From an uncultured Paludibacter sp. (GTDB lineage Bacteria; Bacteroidota; Bacteroidia; Bacteroidales; Paludibacteraceae): a stretch of 64,000 nucleotides of DNA. The DNA lies in NCBI GenBank assembly GCA_964541615.1, contig CAZIRA010000001.1, forward strand, positions 2,095-66,094, given 5' to 3'. Shown in pieces: positions 28,565-36,953 of the stretch; the first letter of the stretch is position 1; the number at the start of each line of letters is the position of its first letter. Below the pieces are notes generated by a model, which was given only the letters and a program-made list of their open reading frames with translations, searched no databases and was not told the origin of the DNA. The position numbers and the translations under genes were made by a program.

Positions 28565-29818
28565 TTAATATGTCTGTTCTTCTTTTGGAGCCTGAGGTGA
28601 TTTGCCGAAAATAAATAATCCGATTGCTCCTAATATCATCATTGTAATCCCTGCGTACACCCACCCTATCCAGGGATCTTTTATCAATTCAAATACGCTG
28701 GTATGGCTCCATTTCCCCATCCGCTCATCATAGCTGATCTGGTAGATTTTCCATCCGTTTACCTTCAACGGTTTATTCACTTCTATGACTGAATTTACAT
28801 TCTGACCATCCTTTGTATATACATTCACATCTGATGCGAATCGTTTCGGTTCACGTTCCGGCATGACTATACTCATCCACTCATCCAGTTTCAACGCATG
28901 ATACGGATACAGATAACTACCACTGCTTACCCAGCCTGTAGTGGACAAACCATTTTTTTGGTTTTTTGCAGTTACAAATACTGCCGCTGCTGCTCCTTCG
29001 GAATGAAATTCCACGAAATGTACGCTGTCTTTTCCAATCATTGGAGCGGCGCTTTCAATAATTCGAGATGCCGTAATTTCCCAATCCAATAACTTCCCCG
29101 ACATATGTTCTTTATCTATCAATATACTTACAGGTTGTTTTTCGGGCAGTGTTTTCCCGCTTTTGTTGTCAATTATCATTAGTTTGGGCGGATATTCATC
29201 GATGGTAAAATTATTCAGTTCTATAGCCATGTCCATTTCCACCATTTTTCCATCCTCATCGGTAGCACGCCATTCAGGTGCATCACGTCCTACAACCATC
29301 TGATAGCGGTCCATATCGGCACTTCCAAGCACCGCAGCGAGAAGCGTGAGAAACAACCCGACGTGATTAAGCACAAACGGAATGTCTTTTTTCCAGCGAA
29401 AATGTTTCAACCGACGTATTGTAACCAATCCAAGCACAGTAATCATATAAACAAAAACAAGCACAAAAGGCCAAGCAGAAAGCATGTTCCTGAATCCAAG
29501 AACTCCAAGCAAACCTGAACTATCTGTTCCTGCCGACTGGCGCGTAAGCCCCATGACAAGCACGAGTGCCAAAAACACAGCAATGGAAGTGATGCTCGCT
29601 TCCATTCCGGAAAACCAGCGGATAACCCGGTTACTCTTTGATTGGATGAAAAGAATAGTCACTATCAGCAGATAAATGATTCCGACAAACGTATTGACCG
29701 GAAATTTCAGAAAATCGGTGCTGAATGATCCAACACTTAATTGTAATAAAATTCCTGTCAGCACCAGTCCGATGCTGATAGCAAAGCCTTCTTTATATGT
29801 CCAAGGGTGTTTCCACAT
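28565..29818 (-). CDS. ResB/CcsB-like cytochrome c biogenesis (system II) protein
   Basis: N-terminal TM bundle, conserved His in a TM segment (VLNHVGLFLTLLAAVLG), large periplasmic domain and a C-terminal TM segment. I place the start at ATG 29818 (MWKHPW). The track's TTG 29845 lies inside repeat copy B. Confidence 0.75.
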   Translation of the reverse strand: MWKHPWTYKEGFAISIGLVLTGILLQLSVGSFSTDFLKFPVNTFVGIIYLLIVTILFIQSKSNRVIRWFSGMEASITSIAVFLALVLVMGLTRQSAGTDSSGLLGVLGFRNMLSAWPFVLVFVYMITVLGLVTIRRLKHFRWKKDIPFVLNHVGLFLTLLAAVLGSADMDRYQMVVGRDAPEWRATDEDGKMVEMDMAIELNNFTIDEYPPKLMIIDNKSGKTLPEKQPVSILIDKEHMSGKLLDWEITASRIIESAAPMIGKDSVHFVEFHSEGAAAAVFVTAKNQKNGLSTTGWVSSGSYLYPYHALKLDEWMSIVMPEREPKRFASDVNVYTKDGQNVNSVIEVNKPLKVNGWKIYQISYDERMGKWSHTSVFELIKDPWIGWVYAGITMMILGAIGLFIFGKSPQAPKEEQTY

Positions 29819-29829
29819 ACCATAAAACA

Positions 29830-29938
29830 AGCCCCCCGCCCCCAAAAGGGGGAATTAGAGGGGCTTTCTGCTTTATCTAATTATATCAATATTTAAATAA
29901 TATCATTTTTGATTTCCCCTTCAGGGGATTGAGGGGCA
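29830..29938. repeat. REP/MITE-like inverted-repeat element, copy B
   Basis: Left arm AAGCCCCCCGCCCCCAAAAGGGGGAA, right arm TTTCCCCTTCAGGGGATTGAGGGGC. The core TAATTATATCAATATTTAAATAAT resembles the copy A core TAATTATTTCAATATATATTTAT. Confidence 0.75.
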
Positions 29939-29942
29939 TATT

Positions 29943-31427
29943 TTATTTCGCAGCAATAATTTTTCCTTCTGCTTTTGCTTTTTGAAGCCATTGAGGAACA
30001 ATTTCCTGCATAAATTTATGTTTTGCACTTTCTTCGGCAGGGATATCCAGACCAATGTATTTCTGAGCTTTTGCTTTGGAAGAAATGTCAGGCATCGGCA
30101 CATCGCCTGTGAAGCCTAATTTTGCAAGAACTTTCGTGTTTACCAGGCGGGCTTGCAGTGCTCTGTCCAGTCCGTGGCTCAGCATTCGCTGGACTTCCTG
30201 TGGTGCGTGGAAAGAGGCTCCGTGTGATGCTACACCGAAATCCCAGCGCCATTGTGCCTGACGGATTAAATCCAGAACCGGTTTCATCTGAGCTTCCGAA
30301 GCTCCTTTTTCCCAGGCAAATTTTGCTTCGATATGAGCTTTTGCCAATTCATCTTCCAGGCGGTCACGAGTTTCAAATACTTTTGCCTGACGCTCATAAA
30401 CATTGTTACGCAAAGTTTCTTCGCTTTCTCGGTGACAAACCAGACACGTGCGGTCAATTTTTGCCAGTGGACTCTGGATGTGGTGGTCACTGAATTTAAC
30501 GCCTCCTTCGCTTTTGTAAGGCATGTGGCAATCGGCACACGAAACTCCGCGCTGACCGTGGATTCCCAACTGTGCAATCTCATAATCCGGGTGTTGAGCT
30601 TTCAGAATCGGAGCTTTACTAAGTGTATGTACATAGTCAGTAAATTGTACCTCGTCGTAATATTTCTCCATATCTTCCATAGTCATACCTTTGTCCCAGG
30701 GGTAAGTAAGGTATTTCCCATCGCCTTTGAAATAATATTCTACGTGGCACTGTGCGCAAACCAACGAACGCATTTCCTGATGCGTAGCCTGAGCAATGTC
30801 TCTTCCCTGACGCTCAAACGCTTCGCGCAAAGCCGGACGGCTGATGTGCAGATTCATGTTTTCAGGTTCGTGGCAGTCTGCACAACCAATCGAATTTACG
30901 ATTTTAGGTCCCATAGCACCCCATTTTTTAATGTAAAAACTATCTACACCCAATACTCCCATCATGCGTGGAACATCCGGGCTTTTACAAGTCCAGCAGG
31001 TAGCCGGCTGAGGGCCGTCGTGATCGTGCATGGGTGCTCCGGTGCGGAGTGTTCGGGTTACGTCAGTCACTGCGTAATTATGTCCGCGTGGCGTGGTGTA
31101 ATCTTTTGAAAAAGCATATCCTGCCCAGAGAATAACCATATTCGGACGTTCCGCCAGCACATCAACTGCCTGACTACTATTGTATTGGCTTACAAAAGTA
31201 GTATCCAGGGTTTGAAGCCAGGTTTGATATTCGCGGGGATAGTTGTCGGCAAATGCTTCGTTACGACTTTCTATTCCATGGATGGTGACTTTTTTGTTGT
31301 TAAATACGCTTGCAATTTCGGCACGACGGTTGAGAACCGATGAAGCAAACATTCCCAAACCAAATACGACGAGCATTGCTACGATAAATAGCAACCAGCC
31401 CTGCCAAGATTTTAATTTTTTTTCCAT
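29943..31427 (-). CDS. nrfA: cytochrome c nitrite reductase, pentaheme catalytic subunit NrfA
   Basis: 494 aa with the diagnostic CWTCK (CxxCK) site plus four CxxCH motifs (CADCH, CAQCH, CADCH, CLVCH). Confidence 0.95.
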   Translation of the reverse strand: MEKKLKSWQGWLLFIVAMLVVFGLGMFASSVLNRRAEIASVFNNKKVTIHGIESRNEAFADNYPREYQTWLQTLDTTFVSQYNSSQAVDVLAERPNMVILWAGYAFSKDYTTPRGHNYAVTDVTRTLRTGAPMHDHDGPQPATCWTCKSPDVPRMMGVLGVDSFYIKKWGAMGPKIVNSIGCADCHEPENMNLHISRPALREAFERQGRDIAQATHQEMRSLVCAQCHVEYYFKGDGKYLTYPWDKGMTMEDMEKYYDEVQFTDYVHTLSKAPILKAQHPDYEIAQLGIHGQRGVSCADCHMPYKSEGGVKFSDHHIQSPLAKIDRTCLVCHRESEETLRNNVYERQAKVFETRDRLEDELAKAHIEAKFAWEKGASEAQMKPVLDLIRQAQWRWDFGVASHGASFHAPQEVQRMLSHGLDRALQARLVNTKVLAKLGFTGDVPMPDISSKAKAQKYIGLDIPAEESAKHKFMQEIVPQWLQKAKAEGKIIAAK

Positions 31428-31484
31428 AGCTAATTTCTGATAATTAGTACAATATTAGTTCTGAGTATTGATCTCTGATAAGTT

Positions 31485-32090
31485 TTAATTTTCTTTTTTG
31501 GGCTCTTTGATCACTTTTTTCAACCATTCGGGCACTTCCGAAGTTGGGTAAGGAACCAAAGCATTGGGAGTTGACGAAAGGCTGTTTTTCCCACCATGAG
31601 GGACGTCTCTGTGGCAGTCCCAGCAAGCTTTTCCGTTGCTTTTCTGAATCATTTTGAAAGTCTGAGTACCGGTTTTAACAAATTCGGTGTTCAGTTGAGT
31701 ATGACAACGGATACAATTCTCCATAATCACTTCCTGGCTCGCAGGAATGGCTTGCGGTGCCTGAGGCTCCATCCCAAGCGTAAATACCGTGGCGTGGCGA
31801 AGTCCGTCTTTGGCATGAAAATAATATTCACGGAAAATATTGTCCTGCGGCACATGACAATCGTTGCAGACTGTGTTTCGGGAGTGAGAACTATGTTGCC
31901 AGGTAGCGTAGTAAGGACCCATCACGTGGCAGTTTACGCAGGTGGCAGGATCATTGGAAGCGTAACTCCAAGCGCGCGACGCATACACCGTGAAAATACC
32001 CAGCCCGCAGATAACTCCCAACGTAATAACGGCAAAAATCTTCCATCCGCGAGTTGGCAATACCCTGTTTATGATTTTTTTTAAGCCCAT
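31485..32090 (-). CDS. nrfH: cytochrome c nitrite reductase small subunit NrfH (NapC/NirT family tetraheme quinol dehydrogenase)
   Basis: 201 aa with an N-terminal TM anchor and four CxxCH motifs (CVNCH, CNDCH, CIRCH, CWDCH). Sits directly upstream of nrfA. Confidence 0.93.
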   Translation of the reverse strand: MGLKKIINRVLPTRGWKIFAVITLGVICGLGIFTVYASRAWSYASNDPATCVNCHVMGPYYATWQHSSHSRNTVCNDCHVPQDNIFREYYFHAKDGLRHATVFTLGMEPQAPQAIPASQEVIMENCIRCHTQLNTEFVKTGTQTFKMIQKSNGKACWDCHRDVPHGGKNSLSSTPNALVPYPTSEVPEWLKKVIKEPKKEN

Positions 32091-32149
32091 AAGTTCCGAT
32101 ATTTTTATTCTTTGGATAATGAAGTTCGCTGAAAATTCTTTGACACGTG

Positions 32150-32157
32150 CAAATATA
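32150..32157 (-). promoter_or_regulatory. -7 box for nrfH
   Basis: Reverse complement TATATTTG, ~60 nt upstream of ATG 32090, immediately followed by CACGTG. Confidence 0.45.
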
Positions 32158-32380
32158 GAAATAATTCTTTAATTAATATTCGTTAAATTCCTGCTTTAAA
32201 ACATATTTAGTCAATTTATATACGTTCTAAATAAATTACAAATAGCTCAATTATAAAAGATTATATACTGCTAATATTCAGATACAAAACAATTTCATTT
32301 TTTGAAAAAAGCATTATTATTAAACTTAGAATTGAACTATAAAATTGAAAACTTGTTTAATATTTAAGGAAAAAGAAACC

Positions 32381-32941
32381 ATGATTGAACAGGAAGCGAT
32401 AAATATTAACAATTTCTCCGCAAATCAAAACGAGCTTGAACGCATTTATCTATCGGCTTTCACGCAAGGTGAGCATGCTCAATTCATCTCTAAAAAGGAG
32501 GTTTCAGACACGCTGATTAAACTCTTCGAAACAGGTTTCGGCTTCATAGCTAAATCGGAAAATCAGATTGCAGGAATGTTGTTTGCTTATCCACTTGAAA
32601 AAAACCCCGAATTTCCTTCAGAGGAATGTATCGGTTTTGATTGGAAAAAATCGCTATACATTGCCGAGGTATTGGTAGATAAGCCGTTTAGAGGTCGGGG
32701 AATTGCCAAAAAATTATTGGAAAAAATAGAGGAAACAGCAGTTAAAAAAAGCTATAACACTCTTACATTGAGAGTTTGGGATGAAAACATTTCGGCTGTT
32801 TCCTTGTATAAAAAATTCGGTTTTAAAGAGACTGGAATTACAATTTATCAAACCAAATATAAAAACGAACAGACTTCATTTGAAATGAAAAAACTGTATT
32901 TGTACAAAAAATTGGATTGTCATGAAAGAATTTATTGCTAA
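32381..32941 (+). CDS. GNAT family N-acetyltransferase
   Basis: Acetyl-CoA motif A (FRGRGIAKKLLEKIE) and a GNAT core (LTLRVWDENISAVSLYKKFGF). I prefer ATG 32381 to the track's TTG 32345. The 3' end overlaps the ovoA start by 20 nt. Confidence 0.85.
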   Translation: MIEQEAININNFSANQNELERIYLSAFTQGEHAQFISKKEVSDTLIKLFETGFGFIAKSENQIAGMLFAYPLEKNPEFPSEECIGFDWKKSLYIAEVLVDKPFRGRGIAKKLLEKIEETAVKKSYNTLTLRVWDENISAVSLYKKFGFKETGITIYQTKYKNEQTSFEMKKLYLYKKLDCHERIYC

Positions 32942-35030
32942 AACAATTGATCTACAGCACGGTGACGCTGAGGAAAAACGCCGGGAAATTCGTGAGTATT
33001 TTTTAAAAACCTGGGATGTCCACGAAAAACTTTACTCGCAACTGAAATCGGATGCGGTTTTTTATCATCGTGGCGACCCGCTCCGACACGTAATTTTGTT
33101 CTATTTGGGGCACACAGCTGTGTTTTTTATCAACAAACTGATACTTTCAAAAATCATCGACAAGCGGATTAATCCTGAATTTGAATCTATTTTTGCCATA
33201 GGCGTAGACGAAATGAGCTGGGACGATCTGGACAACAACCATTACAACTGGCCTTCCGTCCCGGCAGTTAGGGAATACCGCAACAAGGCTAAGGAGCTAA
33301 TTCTGAGCCTGATTGATAATATTCCTCTTACACTTCCCATTGATTGGATCAATCCGTTTTGGATAATCATGATGGGTATTGAGCACGAACGTATTCACCT
33401 GGAAACTTCTTCGGTGCTGATTCGTCAGCTTCCGCTGGATGAAGTGGTGAGCGGGAAATTCGGCAACCGATGTACAGAATCCGGGAAAGCGCCCGAAAAT
33501 GAGCTTTTAGAAGTGAAAGGTGCTTTGATGAAACTTGGCAAACCCGAAAATCATCCTTTCTATGGCTGGGACAACGAATACGGCAGGCACGACGAAAAGG
33601 TAGAAGATTTCAGAGCATCAAAATATTTGGTTTCCAATGAAGAATACTTAGAATTTATCAAAGACGGCGGATATAGAAATGAGGAATTTTGGACAGAGGA
33701 AGGTTGGAACTGGCGGAATTTTAAACAAGCTGAAATGCCGTTGTTTTGGAGAAAAAACGGCGAGGAATACTCGTTGAGATTAGTAGCAGAAGAAATCCCG
33801 ATGCCTTGGAATTGGCCGGCTGAAGTGAATTATCTGGAAGCAAAAGCCTTTGCCAACTGGAAAAGCAAACAGACCGGTAAAACCTACCGGCTTCCTACCG
33901 AAGCTGAATGGTACAGGCTCTTTGAGGTGGCTGGGATGAAGGATGTGGTGGACTGGAACGGAGCTCCCGGAAATATCAATCTGGAATATTACACCTCGCC
34001 CTGCCCTGTCGATAAATTTCAGCATGGTGATTTCTGCGACATAGCAGGTAATGTCTGGCAGTGGACTGAAACACCTATCACAGGTTTTTCAGGCTTCAAA
34101 GTACATCCGATGTACGATGATTTTTCTACTCCTACCTTTGACGGAAAACACAATCTGATCAAAGGAGGATCGTGGATTTCGACCGGAAATGAAGCTACGT
34201 ATCACTCACGGTACGCATTTCGCAGGCATTTTTACCAGCATGCCGGATTCCGTTTAGTAGAATCAGATGTTCCGCTGAAAATCCAGCAAGCCGATTACGA
34301 AACAGACGAAGAAGTAACGCTATCCTGCGAAACAAATTGGGGTGATAATTTCACCATTTACCCAAAATTCTCAAAAGTTCTGATTAAAATCATCACCGAT
34401 ATTGCCGGAGAAAATCCGGAATTACGCATCCTCGATCTGAACGCAGACACAGGACGCCTGGCCTTTGAGCTGGCTCAGTATTATAATGACATTACAGCAA
34501 TTGACTTCACTGCGAGGATGATACGCATGCCGATTCAGTTGCAGGAGCAGGGATTTATGCGCTACACAATAAAAGACGAAGGTGAACTGGTTTTCTACCG
34601 CGATGTAGTGTTGTCGGATTTCGGACTTGAAAAAGGAAAGGACAACATCCTTTTTATGCAGGCCGATGCCATGAATCTGAAACCTAATTTTACGGGATAT
34701 GATGTGATAATTGTACCAAATCTGCTGGAAGAACTGCATAATCCGAAGGCATTTTTGGAACAAATACATGAACGGCTCAACGAAAACGGACTGCTCTTTA
34801 TCGCCTCCACATACGAATGGAACGAAGCACGCACAAAACGTGAAAACTGGCCCGGCGGATTCAAGCAGGATGGTGAACCGGTTACTTCGCTGGATGGAAT
34901 CAAGTTGATTTTGAATAAAAACTTTGATTTACAAGGTGATCCGATCGACTTGAATTCTTATTTGAAAAAATCTTCGAGAACCACGGAAGTGCGACTCTCG
35001 CAAGTTACTGTTTGGAGGAAGAGAAGATAG
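32922..35030 (+). CDS. ovoA: 5-histidylcysteine sulfoxide synthase / methyltransferase (OvoA-type, ovothiol pathway)
   Basis: 702 aa with three domains. DinB-like domain with the HxxxHxE iron motif (IEHERIHLE) and LRHVILFYLGHTAVFFINKL. FGE-sulfatase-like domain (YRLPTEAEWYR, GNVWQWTETP, KGGSWIS, GFRLV). C-terminal class I methyltransferase-like domain. Confidence 0.85.
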   Translation: MKEFIAKTIDLQHGDAEEKRREIREYFLKTWDVHEKLYSQLKSDAVFYHRGDPLRHVILFYLGHTAVFFINKLILSKIIDKRINPEFESIFAIGVDEMSWDDLDNNHYNWPSVPAVREYRNKAKELILSLIDNIPLTLPIDWINPFWIIMMGIEHERIHLETSSVLIRQLPLDEVVSGKFGNRCTESGKAPENELLEVKGALMKLGKPENHPFYGWDNEYGRHDEKVEDFRASKYLVSNEEYLEFIKDGGYRNEEFWTEEGWNWRNFKQAEMPLFWRKNGEEYSLRLVAEEIPMPWNWPAEVNYLEAKAFANWKSKQTGKTYRLPTEAEWYRLFEVAGMKDVVDWNGAPGNINLEYYTSPCPVDKFQHGDFCDIAGNVWQWTETPITGFSGFKVHPMYDDFSTPTFDGKHNLIKGGSWISTGNEATYHSRYAFRRHFYQHAGFRLVESDVPLKIQQADYETDEEVTLSCETNWGDNFTIYPKFSKVLIKIITDIAGENPELRILDLNADTGRLAFELAQYYNDITAIDFTARMIRMPIQLQEQGFMRYTIKDEGELVFYRDVVLSDFGLEKGKDNILFMQADAMNLKPNFTGYDVIIVPNLLEELHNPKAFLEQIHERLNENGLLFIASTYEWNEARTKRENWPGGFKQDGEPVTSLDGIKLILNKNFDLQGDPIDLNSYLKKSSRTTEVRLSQVTVWRKRR

Positions 35031-35032
35031 AT

Positions 35033-35081
35033 ACGAGTTTCGAGTTACGAGTTCCAAGTCGGAACTCGGAACTCAGAACTC
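35033..35081. terminator. long imperfect hairpin built from heptamer repeats between convergent ovoA and icd
   Basis: ACGAGTTTCGAGTTACGAGTTCC - AAGTC - GGAACTCGGAACTCAGAACTC. About 21 stem positions with 2 mismatches and 1 G-U pair. No U-tract on either side. Confidence 0.5.
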
Positions 35082-35099
35082 AATGCTCTTAACTTAATA

Positions 35100-36329
35100 T
35101 TACCTGTTTAATTTCTCATCCAGATTTTCTTTGATTGCTCCCAAGAATTCCTGCGTATTCAGGTAGTCATCTCGCTTAATGTCTTCACCATGAACTAAAA
35201 TGGCAAGGTCTTTTGTCATTTTGCCGGATTCCACTGTTTCTACGCACACCTGTTCCAATTTTTCGCAAAAATCAATCAATTCCTGATTTCCATCCAATTT
35301 TCCACGATGCATAAGTCCTTGTGTCCAGGCGAAAATAGAAGCAATCGGATTGGTGGAGGTCTCCTTACCTTGCTGATGCTGACGGTAATGACGGGTAACA
35401 GTTCCATGTGCCGCCTCAGCTTCCACGGTTTTTCCGTCAGGCGTCACCAGCACAGACGACATCAAACCTAACGATCCGAAACCCTGAGCAACCGTATCAG
35501 ACTGTACATCACCGTCGTAGTTTTTACAAGCCCACACAAATCCACCGTTCCATTTCATGGCTGAAGCTACCATATCGTCGATCAGGCGGTGCTCGTAAAT
35601 GATACCGGCTTCCTCAAATTTTTCTTTGAATTCTGCCTCATACACTTCGGCAAAAATATCTTTGAAACGGCCGTCGTAAGCTTTCAGAATCGTGTTTTTT
35701 GTAGAAAGATACAGCGGATATTTTTTGGTCAATGCCATTTGGAAAGAAGAACGTGCAAATCCGTAAATTGACTCATCCGTATTGTACATCGCCATGGCTA
35801 CGCCACCGCCTTTGAAATCGTACACTTCCCACGATTGCTCTTCGCCGTTTTCATCGGTAAAAGTCAGTTTCAGTTTTCCTTTGCCGGTAATCACTTTATC
35901 CGTAGCCCGGTATTGATCACCGAAAGCATGACGTCCGATGATGATCGGCTGAGTCCATCCCTGAACGTATCGGGGAATGTTACTGCAAATAATCGGTTCG
36001 CGAAACACGGTTCCACCCACGATGTTACGAATGGTGCCATTCGGAGATTTCCACATGTGCTTCAATCCGAATTCCTCCACACGTGCTTCGTCAGGAGTGA
36101 TGGTGGCACATTTGATTCCCACGTTGTATTTTTTAATCGCCTCGGCCGCGTCAATCGTAATCTGATCGTTGGTTTCATCTCGGCTTTGAATGCTCAAATC
36201 ATAATATTTTATATCCAAATCGAGATAAGGAAGAATCAGCTGTTCTTTGATAAATGACCAGATTATCCGCGTCATTTCATCGCCGTCCAGCTCTACTACG
36301 GGATTTTGTACTTTAATTTTTTGTGTCAT
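35100..36329 (-). CDS. icd: NADP-dependent isocitrate dehydrogenase (homodimeric eukaryote-like subfamily)
   Basis: 409 aa. The N-terminus ([14 protein letters not shown] ... KCATITPDE) is typical of IDH1-like enzymes. Confidence 0.95.
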   Translation of the reverse strand: MTQKIKVQNPVVELDGDEMTRIIWSFIKEQLILPYLDLDIKYYDLSIQSRDETNDQITIDAAEAIKKYNVGIKCATITPDEARVEEFGLKHMWKSPNGTIRNIVGGTVFREPIICSNIPRYVQGWTQPIIIGRHAFGDQYRATDKVITGKGKLKLTFTDENGEEQSWEVYDFKGGGVAMAMYNTDESIYGFARSSFQMALTKKYPLYLSTKNTILKAYDGRFKDIFAEVYEAEFKEKFEEAGIIYEHRLIDDMVASAMKWNGGFVWACKNYDGDVQSDTVAQGFGSLGLMSSVLVTPDGKTVEAEAAHGTVTRHYRQHQQGKETSTNPIASIFAWTQGLMHRGKLDGNQELIDFCEKLEQVCVETVESGKMTKDLAILVHGEDIKRDDYLNTQEFLGAIKENLDEKLNR

Positions 36330-36404
36330 CGTATATTTAATTTTGTAATTTGTTATAGTTTTAACAAAAATACCAACAATTTATTTCAAAAAAAAGGAAT
36401 TCAG

Positions 36405-36773
36405 CTATTTTTTATTCGATTTCAAATCCAATTCATTCATTCTGTAAACGACCATTTCCCGGATCAAATCGAGCGGAAGCGGTTTGTCGTGTGGAAATTG
36501 CACGGTTCCTTTGCTGGTTTTGTACTCCGAAAGCCGATCCAGAAATGCATCTTTTCCGGAGGGAAGCGCATAAAATCCGATGTGCTTTTTGAAAGCGGCA
36601 AAATAGATCAAGATTCGTTTCCTGTACTTGAATGCAGGCATATCATAGCTGATAACTTCTTCAGCTTCGGGCACGGTTTCGTGAACCAAACTGCGGATAG
36701 AGGCCAGTTTTTCAACGATTTCCGGTGAAAACTGAGAGAAATAATGTTCGAAATCTGTAAATTGAATTCTCAT
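36405..36773 (-). CDS. DUF1801 (YdhG-like) domain protein
   Basis: 122 aa. The pattern VSYDMPAFKYRKRILIYFAAFKKHIGFY is typical of the YdhG/DUF1801 family. Confidence 0.65.
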   Translation of the reverse strand: MRIQFTDFEHYFSQFSPEIVEKLASIRSLVHETVPEAEEVISYDMPAFKYRKRILIYFAAFKKHIGFYALPSGKDAFLDRLSEYKTSKGTVQFPHDKPLPLDLIREMVVYRMNELDLKSNKK

Positions 36774-36953
36774 ATCAGAAATAATTTGAGATTAGCATTT
36801 TTGAACTAACAATAAAAAGTTCCTGAATGTTTGAAATAAATTTTCGAAAAATTGAGACTTCTGAACAATATTTGATTAAATTCGTATTCTTTTATCCGTT
36901 CAATTGTAGTAAATGAAATAATTTTGTATCAAATTTTTTCCACAAAAAATATT

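Noticed and set aside
30333-31109. A long antisense ORF (258 aa) inside nrfA. Similar shadow ORFs occur at 44799..45455, 26663..27055 and 36306..36728.
   Set aside because: Each lies wholly within a confidently identified gene on the opposite strand, and the products are low-complexity and unconvincing. These are typical shadow ORFs.
32138-32157. TTTGACACGTGCAAA near the nrfH promoter as a possible FNR/CRP-type site.
   Set aside because: It is a poor fit to TTGAT-N4-ATCAA, since the second half-site is GCAAA. The TTTG part belongs to the -7 box on the minus strand. Only the CACGTG core is truly palindromic, which is too little to call a site.
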